From: Zootoca vivipara
Lineage: Eukaryota
Direction of reading: 5' to 3'
NCBI RefSeq assembly: GCF_963506605.1
Contig: NC_083276.1
Span: forward strand, 82,522,001-82,586,000
Length of the DNA: 64,000 nt
Shown here piece after piece: positions 1 to 12,042 of the stretch. The stretch's first letter is position 1. Each line of letters begins with the position of its first letter. Position numbers and translations under genes: made by a program. Under the pieces are notes generated by a model, which saw only the letters and a list, made by a program, of their open reading frames with translations, made no database searches and was not told the DNA's origin.

Positions 1-254
1 CAGAACTCAGTAGCACAGCATTTTGCTAATCTACTTTATTTACATATAAACACACACGGAGCACTGCAACATGGCTCCCTCTCTCTCTAGCATCAGACAG
101 CAAAGAGAAGGAACAAAGGACAATAGTCCCAGTTCACGAACACAGTAAGACAAACATCCTGTCTATGTCACTTCCCATTCCTGTGGAATGTAAACACATA
201 TACATGTGATAGACAACGAACCCATGACTGGACACGGGGAATGAATCTCCAACA
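1..254 (-). mobile_element. Probable LTR fragment running off the window start
   Basis: Ends ...aatctccaaca (TGTTGG start on -); tttatt near 35-40 reads AATAAA on -. Resemblance only. Confidence 0.35.
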
Positions 255-1027
255 GAGACATGGTGCTCCTTTCACTGTGTGTTTGTGGAAAATTATACAG
301 ATAAATGTTGAAACACAAATATTGTTGGGTATTTTATAAAAATGTTATGTTTTCTTATCTACACGCTATTTTTATTGTATTTTTAAACTATTTTTAAAAA
401 TAAGTTGAATCTGTTGTAATTACTTTTATATGTAATCATTTTTGAAAATAAAAAGCTGAAAACAAGAGAAGGATAAAATAACACTTTATTAAGAATTGTC
501 TTCAGTCAAGCCCATTAAAACTAATGAACATGGCAAACTTAGATCCTTTCAGTTCAATAGGACTACGTGGAATAAAACTAAGTTTGATACAACCAAAACC
601 AGGAAGTTTTACCCGCACTAAAACCTTGGTGAAATAAAAGGGCATTAGCTCTTTACCTGAAGTTAAAAGAAATGGGGCCAAATGAAACAACTAGAGAGAG
701 GGTATTCTACAAATTGGGTGCCACAGTAGAAAAATGGCCAGTCTTGCATCTGAATCAATCATATTTTTGAACATAGTGGAACACATAGTAAAGCCTCTTG
801 AAAATGGGCACAATCAGGGAACAGGATTGTAAGGAAGAAGGCCGCCCTTCAAATATGCTTCTTTGAAACCCTTTAGCACTTCACAGTTAGGAAAGGACAA
901 AGTAAGCAACATCTATTCTGCCATCTTGTTTGGAATTATCTTTTCAAAGTAAACAAAGTAGCTAATGGCCCATGAATATGTCACACTTGGGGAGGGAGGA
1001 AATTTGATGCCACCTTTGTACCATATA

Positions 1028-1263
1028 CAGTGGTACCTTGGGTTACAGACGCTTCCGGTTACAGACACTTCAGGTTACAGACTCCACTAACCCAGAAATA
1101 GTACCTTGGGTTAAGAAGTTTACTTCAAGGTGAGAAATATTGTGGTGGCAGCACGGTGGCAGGGGGAGGCCCATTAGCTAAAGTGCTACCTCAGGTTAAG
1201 AACAGTTTCAGGTTAAGAACGGACCTCCAGAACGAATGAAGTTCTTAACCCAAGGTACCACTG
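1028..1263. mobile_element. Tc1/mariner (Tigger/pogo-like) MITE
   Basis: TIRs CAGTGGTACCTTGGGTTA...TAACCCAAGGTACCACTG flanked by TA on both sides. Confidence 0.85.
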
Positions 1264-1667
1264 TATTTTAAACACTATGATACTACTTTAAACAGTCATG
1301 GCTTCTTCCAAAGAATGTGGGGAACTATAATTTATTAAGGGTGCTGAGAGTTCTTAGGAGACCCACATTCCTTTCCCAGACCTACATTTCCCAGAGTAGT
1401 TTAACAACCAATCCTTTTTCATGGGGAACTCTGGGAATTGTAACTATGGTAGTGAATATGGGTCTCCTAAAAGTTCTTAGCACGCTTAATATATTATAGC
1501 TCCCAGATTAATTTGGAAAAAGCATCCTGCTTTTGCACTATACAGCTTTCGGTGAATGCTGAAGATACACCTTTTTGCCCTCGTCTTTGAGAGCTGAAAT
1601 ATCCATTTTCAGAACCCACCACATTCCTGTGATTCTACCTTTGTTTTAAATAGTGTTTGATACTAAG

Positions 1668-2210
1668 TGTCAAAGGATTGCCAGCAGTAAATCACACTGT
1701 GCATGCTGGAGTTCACTCTTTATTAGCAAAAACACATTCCACACAGGAGTGTCAGGCCTACTGGGCACAGCAACTCATCTCTGGTAGGACTTGCCGCCAT
1801 GAAGCAGTTGCAGAGACTGAAGTTCCTTGCCTCCTGACAGGTGCCTAAGTCCCCTCCACTCCAGGGTTTTTCCCAAGCAATAAGAGACAATGTGCATCAC
1901 CAATCTCCCCTCTGCCCTTCTCATGCTTCTCCTCGATCTGGCAAATCTCAGCTGGGCCAGCCAGAATAAAAAGCTGGGGAGGAGACCTGAGAGAAGACTG
2001 CCTCATTCAGGTCTGCTCCCCAAGCAACGCCCCCTAGGCTGCCGTGCATTGGCTCATTCAAATCTAAGGGTTTAGCGGGAACCCATGAGCCTCTGCACCA
2101 GCCGAGGGGGACAACTGCATGGGCCGCCACCGCTGTTCGCCGTGGAAGGGTGGTAAGCGGCCATTCTAGCACATCTCAAACCCCTTGGTAGCGATCTTCT
2201 TGCTACTAGC
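1668..2210 (-). mobile_element. Possible solo LTR (Gypsy-like)
   Basis: GC-richer island starting TGTC with ttttatt ~50 nt in (polyA signal on -); far boundary not verified. Confidence 0.3.
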
Positions 2211-3280
2211 TAATTCATTATTTCTTGCATCAGTTGTGTTTGAAATCTCTAAAGGTGGGTTTGGGGAACATTTTTCCAGAAACCTCAGCTATTGGGGATT
2301 AATAATAAGTTTCTTGGGGCATCATTACAATCTTTTCCCTATAATTTCGTCTATAATTTGTCAACAGGAAGCAAATAGCACTGGGAATATTTGAATAGAA
2401 CATCTACACGTTGCATTATTCTCGCTATAGAAATAATGGTCCCAATCCAACTAAAGCTAATTTTAATCAAGTCCCATTGAAAGCAATGGAACAATTTCTT
2501 TCCATAGATTGAACTAATCTGCATTGCATTCTCAAGATTGCAGCTGTAGGTTAGGATTCACCTAACAAATCCTTTCAGAAGAAGGCCTGCACATGGGGTC
2601 AGCTTGCACAATGGGGCTCCCCCCCCCCAAAAAAAAAAGAAAACACACCTGGAAGGACTCCCAGAATAGCATGCAGGTGGTGAAGGTGGATTGTTTCATA
2701 TGGTAATCTCATATGCTTGTGCAGAAGGAGCATTTGTAGTAGAACCAATCAGATAAGAGGGCCAAAGAGACAAATAGAGGAATGTGCTAATTTCCAGTTC
2801 CCTCAGATTCTCAGTTTCCGATCTTAATTTGGTTCTCCATAGTTCTGTAACAATTTAAGTTCATCTGAAAAGAGGAGGGGGGACTCTTCATTTGCTGTCA
2901 CTGAATTTTTCTGTTGAGTTTTTCTGTTTGTGGCTTTATGGTTATTGCCCTGAGACCTTTCAGGGGCTCTGTTTTGACGTACTTATGAAGGGAATGTTTT
3001 GCGACTCATGTTCACCTAATCAAAATCTCTTTGGGACCAAATAATGGCATCTACCTCCCTCCCTCTTTGAGGCTCCCTCCTTCTTCCTTTAAGAGATATA
3101 AATGCACCACTGTCTTCTCGTTCTGCCAGCCTTCCTATTTGAAGATTGGGATCACCATGCTATCAAAACAACCTGTATTTGTCATCATAAGGCTTCTTTT
3201 TCTACGTCTGCTTTAGAATGCAAGAGAATGCAAAGGAAATCTTAGTCGTGTGGGAAATGCTGCAGGCAGTGTTGAGGAAT

Positions 3281-3955
3281 CTCTAGGTAAGTCAAATGTG
3301 CTATTACAAGTTTTAGTGTAGTGACAGCCTGTAAATATTAATCAACATCTCTATGGCTCTTTTGACATCTGTAGCATAGGCAAGGGTCTCCTAACTGGGG
3401 ATAGTCCTATTCTCTGTGGCCTCTGCAAATACTTACATTTATCTGGATTGTTTGCTTGAGAGATTGAATCTAACTCCAGAACAATTGCCTTTTCCTATAT
3501 TGTCTTTGCACACATTAGAGAAAAATTTGCTCTGGATAAAAGGAATGAAAGAATGAATCGATTTATTTCGGTCACTGACCAGAGTGGTATGGGGGAAACG
3601 GTGAAGTGAGAAAAGGTGAAGCAGCTCTATGTCACCCCCTCCATTTAAGCATGTGGCCCCATGAAACTATTGCTGCCTGGGGGAAAAAGTTGAAGGATTG
3701 TATGCTATTCTGTGTTCCTTGCTATTCCTCCACTTAAATGGGGGGATGGGATGGAGATGGGGAAGAATATCATGTTGCATGTGTAACGCCTAGAGAAAAG
3801 GTTCAGCAGCTCTGTGTCACCCTAGGCAGAAGCATGTGGCCTCATGAAATGACTGCAGTTTGGGGGGGAAATGTGAATGATGATATGCTATTCTGTGTCA
3901 TATCAAGAATGGAAATAATTCTCCTTCATCATTGTTCTCATATTCTTGTTTACAG
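3281..3955 (+). other. Predicted 5'-UTR intron of OR at 3977
   Basis: Donor CTAG|GTAAGT at 3286/3287; acceptor tattcttgtttacAG ending at 3955, 21 nt before the ATG; TATAAA-like motif near 3097. Confidence 0.55.
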
Positions 3956-3976
3956 GTGAGAGCACAACTTACGTAA

Positions 3977-4921
3977 ATGGCAGAGGGAAACTTCACCGCA
4001 ATTACTGAGTTTGTATTGCTGGGATTCACAGATAACCAGAATATGATGTTTGTTCTCTTCGCTGTGTTCTTACTGATTTACTTGCTGATCCTGGTGGGGA
4101 ACATTGGCATGGTGACATTAATCAGGATTGACTCCAGGCTCCACACTCCCATGTATTTTTTCCTCAGCAGCCTGTCACTCTTGGATATTGGTTACTCCAC
4201 TGTCATCGCTCCCAGGACACTGATGACCTTCGTAGCAGAAAGCAAAAACATTTCCTTCACTGGCTGCGCCCTGCAGTTTTTCTTCTTCTGCATTGCTGTA
4301 TCCTGTGAGTGCTGCCTGCTGGGTGTGATGGCGTACGACCGCTTCATTGCAATCTGCAACCCACTGTTGTATACTGCTATTATGTCCAGGAAGCTATGTT
4401 ATTTGCTTGTGGCTGGTTCCTATCTAACAGGTTGTGTGAATGCAATTGTCCAGACATCATTTATATTTAATTTGTCCTTCTGTAGATCCAACATCATCAA
4501 CCATTTCTTTTGTGATGTGCCCCCTATCCTAAAGCTCTCCTGCTCAGACACAGGTGTCACTGATATAATTCATTTCATCTTCTCTACGGCAATTGTATCA
4601 GTAACTCTCCTGACCGTTCTTGTCTCTTACACATACATACTAGTTGCCATCCTTCGGATCAACTCAGCCGAGGGCAGACGAAAAGCCTTCTCCACCTGTG
4701 CCTCCCACCTTACTGCCGTCACCGTATTCTATGGGACAGCCATTTTCATGTACTTAAGGCCCAGTTCAAAATATTCAGTCGAGCAAGACAAAATCATCTC
4801 TGTCTTTTACACTCTTGCAATACCTATGTTGAATCCCCTCATCTATAGTCTAAGAAACAAGGAGGTAAAAGAGGCTTTCAAAAGGTTGATTAAGGGAAAG
4901 GTTGTTTCTCAGAGACAATAA
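3977..4921 (+). CDS. Olfactory receptor, class II, OR5-like, intact (314 aa)
   Basis: N-terminal NFT sequon, [49 protein letters not shown]. Confidence 0.97.
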   Translation: MAEGNFTAITEFVLLGFTDNQNMMFVLFAVFLLIYLLILVGNIGMVTLIRIDSRLHTPMYFFLSSLSLLDIGYSTVIAPRTLMTFVAESKNISFTGCALQFFFFCIAVSCECCLLGVMAYDRFIAICNPLLYTAIMSRKLCYLLVAGSYLTGCVNAIVQTSFIFNLSFCRSNIINHFFCDVPPILKLSCSDTGVTDIIHFIFSTAIVSVTLLTVLVSYTYILVAILRINSAEGRRKAFSTCASHLTAVTVFYGTAIFMYLRPSSKYSVEQDKIISVFYTLAIPMLNPLIYSLRNKEVKEAFKRLIKGKVVSQRQ

Positions 4922-4976
4922 CTATCGGGTATCATCGTCATATGCCTGATCCTGTTCCTTCCTGCTACCTTTATTG

Positions 4977-5255
4977 TTGTTGTTGTTGTTTAATCGCTTA
5001 GTCGCGTCCGGCTCTTCGTGACCCCATGGACCAGAGCACACCAGGCACTCCTGTCTTCCACTGCCTCCCGCAGTTTGGTCAAACTCATGTTCGTAGCTTT
5101 GAGAACACTGTCCAACCATCTCATCCTCTATCGTCCCCTTCTCCTAGTGCCCTCAATCTTTCCCAACATCAGGGTCTTTTCCAGGGAGGCTTCTCTTCTC
5201 ATGAGGTGGCCAAAGTATTGGAGCCTCAGCTTCAGGATCTGTCCTTCCAGTGAGC
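4977..5255 (-). mobile_element. RTE/BovB LINE 3' fragment, 5'-truncated, just downstream of the OR stop
   Basis: (CAA)n tail on -; near-identical to 18555-18836; 10-bp TSD ACCTTTATTG at 4967-4976 and 5256-5265. Confidence 0.9.
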
Positions 5256-6066
5256 ACCTTTATTGCAATGTCTAAATTATGAATTTTTGCCTTCACTTTG
5301 TGCTACATCCAGGTAATGCTGTTATCCTATACATAGCTTACAAATAGTTACATTGACCTCTGCAAGGTGGAGGGCTGCTTGCCCAGCTTTGGGAAGAGGG
5401 GGCTCTGGCCGGGTCCTAGAGTCCACACGTCTCCTTCCCCAAACCCAGTAAGTGATTGCTCAGCTTTATGAAGGAAGTAGGAGGGCTCTACAACCCTGCC
5501 ATAGCCCTCGAACCATCTTCCCAATGCCAGGTAAGCCTGTGATCATAGTTTGCTCAGGTGGTGATGGTGAATAAATAAACGTAGAGTGGATTTCCTCTGC
5601 TCTCCTTGCATAAGTAAAAGAAGTGTAAGGTGTGAGTTACGTTCAATATATGTGAATAAGATGTAAGTTTTACTGACCAGTGGTTATTAAATTTACTGAG
5701 ACACAGAGGATTCAAATATCTGTCTTCTATCAGAGAGGGAATGAGACACTACATTAATGTGCAACACAGAGTTTACTTTTTAACACGTAAGTGATGGAAA
5801 TACTTGATGGAGAGATGAATATCTGTCTTCTATCAGAATCTCAGATTAAGTCATTTTCAAGTGCTCTCCTCCACACCAGTGCTCTTCAACCTTGGGTCCC
5901 CAGATGTTGTTGTACTGCAAATCTCATCATCCCTGACCATTGGCTAAACTGGCTGGGAACAATGGGAGTGCAAATTCTGGAGAGCCAAAGATCTAGTTAC
6001 AGGTAGGTAGCCGTGTTGGTCTGATGTATTCGAAACAAAATAAAAAAAAAACTAAGTTTGTCATAG

Positions 6067-6104
6067 GTATGAGCTTTCGTGTGCATGCACACTTCTTCAG
6101 ATAC
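6067..6104 (-). ncRNA. Minimal type-I hammerhead ribozyme motif, second copy
   Basis: Exact reverse complement of 6535-6572. Confidence 0.75.
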
Positions 6105-6534
6105 ACTGAAGCAGAAGTCCCCAGGCGTTTATATATAGTGAGATGGTGGGGAGAGGTATTACTCAGAAGGGTGGAGGGAGTGGGTGATTGATAACTGTTG
6201 ACGACTGTTAACGACTGCAAATGGTCTACAGGAAAAAGCAAGGGGTGAGATGGTTAAAGATAGCTTTATTATGTATAATGAGATAAGAATCCAATGTCTT
6301 TATTCAGACCAGGTCTCTCCATGGTTTTAAGCTTGGTAATAAGTTGCAGTTCAGCAACTTCTCTTTCCAGTCTTTTTTTTTTAAGCTTGGTAATAAGTTG
6401 CAGTTCAGCAACTTCTCTTTCCAGTCTATTTCTGAAATTCTTCTTATTAGCTGTCTTATTACAAAAGAATTTCAAAGTAATACCTCTCCCCACCATCTCA
6501 CTATATATAAACGTCTGGGGACTTCTGCTTCAGT

Positions 6535-6572
6535 GTATCTGAAGAAGTGTGCATGCACACGAAAGCTCATAC
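6535..6572 (+). ncRNA. Minimal type-I hammerhead ribozyme motif (Penelope-associated)
   Basis: GUAU-CUGAAGA-A-GUGUG(CAUG)CACAC-GAA-AGCU-C^AUAC: stem I GUAU/AUAC, CUGANGA and GAAA cores, palindromic AGCU stem III; predicted cleavage after 6568. Confidence 0.75.
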
Positions 6573-7282
6573 CTATGACAAACTTAGTTGGTCTCTAAGG
6601 TGCTACTGGAAGGATTTTTTGTTGTTGTTGTTTGGAGAGCCAAAGTTGAAGAACATTGTTCCATAGGATTGTAATCACATGGAACAGGAGAGTAGGACCA
6701 CAGCTGCTGGCCACACCTCCATCACCACATCACTAAGGGGAATGGGTATAAAATGTCTTTTACTTATTATGGACGGAACCCCTGAAATATGAGCACTGAA
6801 AAATTGGACCTGTTGACAAGTTTAGCTAACCTACTTTTCTGCTAGATCACAATGATATCTTCCACAGAACAAGCCGTTAAAATAAGGATGGCAGTCATTA
6901 AGTAGCATCTGAGGACAGCAGTATGAATGGCATAGTGAGCAGCGATGAGGGAGCTCACAGTGATGTGGCAGGGTGGGGACACACCAACACTCTGCCCCCC
7001 CACACACACATGCAAAATATGGAAACAGCTCAGAATATTTCTTCTGAATAAAACCCCTGACATGTAGAAGGTCCCAGGTTCAATCTTTTGGCATCTTCAT
7101 TTAGAAGGATATGTTTGCAGGTGATGTGGCAGCCATGTGCTTGGCACAGTGGAATACTGTAAGCAATGCTGTGGGGGTGTCATTGTTTCGGTTTGTTATT
7201 ATATTATGCATTTTTGCGTTTGTGTATTATAAACACAGGTGAAGGGCAGTATAGAAATTTAATAAATAAATGATAAAAATGG

Positions 7283-7533
7283 ATGTGTGGTGTAGTGGTT
7301 AAGAGCGGTGGACTCGTAATCTGGGGAACCGGGTTCACGTCTCTGCTCCTCCACATGCAGCTGCTGGGTGACCTTGGGCTAGTCACACTTCTCTGAAGTC
7401 TCTCAGTCCCACCCACCTCACAGGGTGTCTGTTGTGGGGGAGGAGAGGAAATGTGATTGTTAGCCGCTTTGAGACTCCTTCGGGTAGTGATAAAGCGGGA
7501 TATCAAATCCAAACTCTTCTTCTTCTTCTTCTT
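7283..7533 (+). mobile_element. tRNA-derived SINE (Squam3-like)
   Basis: A-box TGGTGTAGTGG, B-box-like GGTTCAC, body gtgaccttgggctagtcac, (CTT)n tail. Confidence 0.75.
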
Positions 7534-7703
7534 ACACGGTCCAGAATACCTGAACGAACATCTCCACCCCCCATCGTTCTGCCCAGGCACTGCGGTCCAG
7601 TGCCGAGGGCCTTCTGGCAGTTCGCTCGTTGCGAGAAGCCAAGTTACAGGGAACCAGGCAGAGGACCTTCTCGGTAGTGGCACCCACCCTGTGGAACGCC
7701 CTC
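7534..7703 (+). mobile_element. L2 LINE ORF2 3' fragment
   Basis: Resembles squamate L2 end (ggtccagaatacctg..., ccttctcggtagtggcacccaccctgtggaacgccct). Confidence 0.5.
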
Positions 7704-7705
7704 AG

Positions 7706-8570
7706 TGTCCAGGCAGAATGATGGGGGTGGGGACGTTCTGCCCGGACACTGCATGACTCAAGACAACGTGCTATGGGATTAAAATTGGCCACAACTTTAT
7801 TAAGTTTCAGATGTAGGGAGACCTTGGCTCAGGCATTGGGCGTTTATCCTTCCCAGTCCCCAGCCGGGGATCTGGGAGACATCAGGGTTATCCAGAATGT
7901 GTGGGGATTGGGCTGGCTCTGGAGAACATATGTCCAAACAGATACATATTCCATTTCACCACCGTTGGAGGGGAGAGCAATGACAACCTCTTGGCGTATG
8001 GCCAATGACTCCACTCAAGACCCCTTTAACGGAGAACCCTGGGATCACCGCCTCAAGGGGGCATGGGTCACCACTTCACACACACACCCTTTAGGGGAGA
8101 TAGACTAAAGGATTCTGCCCAAGGCCTGAAACCGCCAAATTTGTGACATTTTGCTATGGGAAAGGCAAAACCTGCAAATGCAGGGGAATTCCTTTCCAGC
8201 CCTTCAACAGTGACCATGACGTAGCACGTACCTGTGGAGAAGAGGTTAACCTGCAAAAGAAGGCTTAACTGAGGGAGGGCAGGGAGGGGGAAGCTCTGGA
8301 GCCAACTGGCGCTTCGCAGGTAAGATTCACCTTCCATTGTGTGGGCTGGGCAGTCCCTCCCCCTATCTGGTCGATCCCCTGGCAACGCCTCCCCAGGTGG
8401 GATTGGGCGATTGGCTGAGGTAGGCGGAGACCTCCAGGTATCCAGCCTGGAGAGGGCGAAGCCAGCCCATACTACCAGGAGCCACACTGGGATCCGGGGG
8501 GCTTAAAGGGAAAGAGACATGTCACCTAACTCCTCGAAATTACAAAGGTCTTCCGCGTTTCCTCTACACA
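7706..8570 (-). mobile_element. LTR-like interspersed repeat (full-looking copy)
   Basis: On -: TGTGTAG start, AATAAAGTTGTGGCC near the end, terminal ACA; its 3' half recurs at 46281-46977, 52661-53189 and 58187-58662. Confidence 0.65.
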
Positions 8571-8687
8571 AGTCTCCTGAGTGGACATCCACTCTAGTGA
8601 TGCACCTGTTAACAAGACCCAACAGGCTTGGAACCATTGGCAATAAATAAAGGAAACATACAGAAAGAAAGAATAAATAAGCTAGTA

Positions 8688-8850
8688 AAGGTAAAGGGAC
8701 CCCTGACCATTAGGTCCAGTCATGACCGACTCTGGGGTTGTGGCACTCATCTCGCGCTATTGGCCGAGGGAGCCGGCGTACAGCTTCCAGGTCATGTGGC
8801 TAGCATGACTAAGCCGCTTCTGGCGAACCAGAGCAGCACACGGAAACGCG
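8688..8850 (-). mobile_element. Sauria SINE, 5'-truncated
   Basis: (ACCTTT)n tail on -; 13-bp TSD AAATAAGCTAGTA (8675-8687, 8851-8863). Confidence 0.9.
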
Positions 8851-9458
8851 AAATAAGCTAGTAGTTGGAACTAAAATGCACAAGTTAAGCAAATAAACAG
8901 ATGAAATGTATCACTAATTCACAGAAATAACAGAAAAAAATAATAGTCTCATTGGCGTTTGAACTCTTGGCTAGACTTACTAACAAAAAATATTAACATT
9001 GTTTCAGATGTTTTCAGATAAATACAGTATCAGGAGGTTGTATTACCCAAACATGAGACAGCACTGTATAAAATATTTTTATTTATGTATTTATTTTATT
9101 ACATTTATATCCCACCTTTCCTCTAATGAGCCCAAGGTGGCATACATACTAATCCTGCCCTGAACTGAATCAGAAGTGTCTCGCAGAGCCCTAGCTCTTA
9201 CCCTTGGAAAGTTTCGTTCAAGGAAGAGAGACAAGTTAGATATATAGATCTTAGGTAAGAAAATAATAATTACTATTTAGGAACTATGGAAACTTTAGCA
9301 TGAATCACATGAACATACTATAGTTCCCCCTTTTTTCTTTTAAAAATGTCAAAATATTATGGAACAAACATAATTTTGAATAGCAAATAAATTCAAACAA
9401 TTCAAATTAATACTCAGCTTTATTGGCAAAACCCTTCACCTCTACCACCTACCTCCAA

Positions 9459-9607
9459 AGATTAATTGTTTTATTTATGTTTTGCATAGCCAACATTATC
9501 AGGGGAATATTTTCCCAAGTGGTTAACCAGTCCTTGAATTAATAAGATAAAATCAAATTGGGGTAACTCACAACTGCAGTGCTGATTGCTTCTAGCCAGA
9601 GGTAAGA
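9459..9607 (+). promoter_or_regulatory. Conserved upstream block / non-coding exon of the OR10-like gene
   Basis: Conserved with 16329-16477: TAATT, O/E(EBF)-like ATCAGGGGAA and TTCCCAAGTG, donor GAG|GTAAGA (9601 and 16471); a further donor at 9254 and 16120. Confidence 0.45.
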
Positions 9608-10105
9608 CACTTGTAGATAGTAGCATATCTCCATTCACTCATTCATTCATTCATTCATTCATGTATGCATCCATCCCCGCTAGTCTCTATCTTCGTTTCA
9701 GTGCTCATTTTAAAAATGCTATAGACAAACTGAACAGGAGTTGCCTTTAAAGCCTGAGAGAGAAACAGAAGCTGTATAAAGAATGATTCAGTAAACTCTA
9801 TTCAGTCCTACACCATCTATTAGGGTTAGATGAAGCATCTTGCTCACCTGTGTTATGTAACAAAGGCAGAGATCATTTGTTTTCAAAGTGCTACTCAGCC
9901 TAAAAATATGTGGTAGGGGATGGTTCATTGCAGCAGGGAGGGGGTAATTTTTGGTTCTGTTCTCATTTTAATGTGAAATGACCTAGTTTGCTGTTCCTGA
10001 AGCAATGCACAGACCAAGACACATCTGTCATTCAAAATTTGCACTTCTTTGTATTTTGCAATGCAGTTCTTCAAATGTGCATATTAAGGGAAAATGTTCA
10101 TAACC

Positions 10106-10109
<4 letters not shown>

Positions 10110-10166
<57 letters not shown>
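10110..10166. repeat. (GA)n microsatellite
   Basis: Seen directly. Confidence 0.95.
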
Positions 10167-10168
<2 letters not shown>

Positions 10169-10495
10169 AATATACATAGATTAACTGTATTAAGCAACAT
10201 TGCTTGCCAAAATGTGCATGTTAGGAGAAAATGCCTACAAATCTGCAGATAAATTTCCGAAAGGTCTTTTTTCAAATGTTCAAATTAACAGGGAAATATG
10301 GAATATTGCAGACAGGGAAAATGAGAAACTTAGAGAAATTAAATGGATAAATTTCTCCAGCCATACATTTGCAACTATTCCAATGAATTTCAAAACCTCA
10401 AGGCAGCGTCAATGTCAAAGGTTATATCAGAAAGTTTTTTTAAAACTTCACTTGGCTTTCATTTTCCTTTCAGGTCAGATAACATTATTGGTAAC

Positions 10496-11425
10496 ATGAA
10501 TAAGGGAAACGACAGCTCAGTGACTGAATTTCTCTTGCTGGGGTTTTCTGTATTTGGAAAGAAACCAACTCTACTTTTCCTAGGTTTCTCTCTTATCTAT
10601 GGCACAATCCTGGTCTTCAACATCACCATCATGACTGTCATCCTGTTCGACCGGACTTTACACAGCCCCATGTACTATCTACTCTTTGCATTCTCCGCAT
10701 CAGAAACCTGCACGACATTTATCACCATCCCCAAGCTGCTGGTGATTCTGGTGACAGGCAGTCAATCCATTTCCTTTGTTGAGTGTGCCATGCAGATGTT
10801 TTTCATTTGTGTATTCGGAGCAAACAACTGTTTCCTGCTTGCTGCTATGGCTTACGATCGGTATGTGGCTATATGCTGCCCACTTCACTACCAGGTACTG
10901 ATGAACAAAAGAATTTGTTCCCAAATGGTAGCTGCTTCGTGTGTAACTGGATGTATCATATCACTGAGTATTAATACCCTTATTTTCAGGTTGCCCTTCT
11001 GTGGGCCAAATGGAATCAGGCATTTCTTTTGTGATTTCCTACCTGTGCTGAGGCTGGCTTGCATTGATAAATCGGTCTTGCACCTGACTAACATTGCAAT
11101 CATTATTTTGTGTGCCATTGTTTTGCTGGGCACAGTCATAGTGATGTTTGTCTCATACCTTTACATCATTTCTGCCATCCTAAGGATCCCCTCCAGCTTA
11201 GGAAGGCAGAAAGCCTTCTCCACATGTGCCTCCCACCTCACAGTGGTGATAACACACTTTGGGTGTGCATCCTTTGTGTATTTGAGACCCAAGTCTTCCT
11301 CATCGCTAGATCAGGACACCTTGATCTCAGTGACTTATGTCTTTCTAACCCCTCTACTGAACCCTGTGATTTATACCTTAAGAAACAGGGAGGTTAGAAT
11401 AGCCATAAAGAAATTACTAGTGTGA
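10496..11425 (+). CDS. Olfactory receptor, OR10-like, intact (309 aa)
   Basis: True start MNKGNDS after acceptor ttttcctttcAG (10473); [38 protein letters not shown]. Confidence 0.95.
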   Translation: MNKGNDSSVTEFLLLGFSVFGKKPTLLFLGFSLIYGTILVFNITIMTVILFDRTLHSPMYYLLFAFSASETCTTFITIPKLLVILVTGSQSISFVECAMQMFFICVFGANNCFLLAAMAYDRYVAICCPLHYQVLMNKRICSQMVAASCVTGCIISLSINTLIFRLPFCGPNGIRHFFCDFLPVLRLACIDKSVLHLTNIAIIILCAIVLLGTVIVMFVSYLYIISAILRIPSSLGRQKAFSTCASHLTVVITHFGCASFVYLRPKSSSSLDQDTLISVTYVFLTPLLNPVIYTLRNREVRIAIKKLLV

Positions 11426-12042
11426 AGAGAAGGCACCTTAACCTTTTTGTCGATTAGCATGCAAGTCCTGATGGAGAATGCAGTTGTTAAAGCTGTGACT
11501 GCTATTTGACATGAGAAATGAACCTGGATACATTTTAGGGTTAGGACCATGGTGTAGGAGATAGGGGTACACCCCCTCTCCTATACTCTCTCGCTCCAAT
11601 CCTGATCATGTCCACCAATGACTGCCATTTTTAGTTTTCAAAAATACAAGGAATGTCAATCCACACATTGAACATTATGGGTAGTTTGGCCTTAGTTTTA
11701 AATAACAACATACCATTCTCCTATACAGTTTGCCAGTCCACTGTTTCAGTATTTGTACCTGAATAAATATTTACGTACTCAAAAAATCTGTAGGCAGTAA
11801 TTTTTACTCTAAGGGTTGATATATATTAGATCAGGAGTAGTCAGTCTCTTGCCCGCCAGGTATTTGGTGGACTAGAATTCTCATCAGGGTGAACTGACTG
11901 GCCAGCCATGTCCTTGGGTGTCGTGAGAACTTCATTCTCAGAATGTGGGGTAGAGACTGACTCAGGAGGATCCCCTCGCTTTCTGTGATATCTGGGAGCA
12001 AAGGGGAATGTTATGAGCCCAAAAATGGAAGCAGGGAGATTT

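Larger units (their letters stand above)
5991..6632 (-). mobile_element. Penelope-like retroelement remnant with inverted pseudo-LTR
   Basis: 13-bp TSD TGGAGAGCCAAAG (5978-5990, 6633-6645); ~112-bp inverted repeat (6051-6163 vs 6477-6588); minus-strand peptide RLEREVAELQLITKLKTMERPGLNKDIGFLSHY resembles the end of a GIY-YIG endonuclease. Confidence 0.85.
5877..6658. mobile_element. Old hAT-like MITE split by the Penelope-like insertion
   Basis: CAGTGCTCTTCAAC... and ...GTTGAAGAACATTG imperfect TIRs. Confidence 0.55.

Noticed and set aside
6539-6568. SECIS-like stem-loop reading of the CTGAAGA...GAAA motif
   Set aside because: No AUGA/GA quartet with an apical AA; the hammerhead topology fits better.
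7283-7355. tRNA gene
   Set aside because: It has A/B-box-like motifs but is the head of a SINE with body and (CTT)n tail; no complete cloverleaf.
10343-10495. N-terminal ORF extensions of ORs (also 26304-26378, 33051-33074, 42290-42379, and GTG starts at 49143, 54290, 59749)
   Set aside because: They cross polypyrimidine-AG splice acceptors or start at non-ATG codons; paralogs support the downstream ATG.
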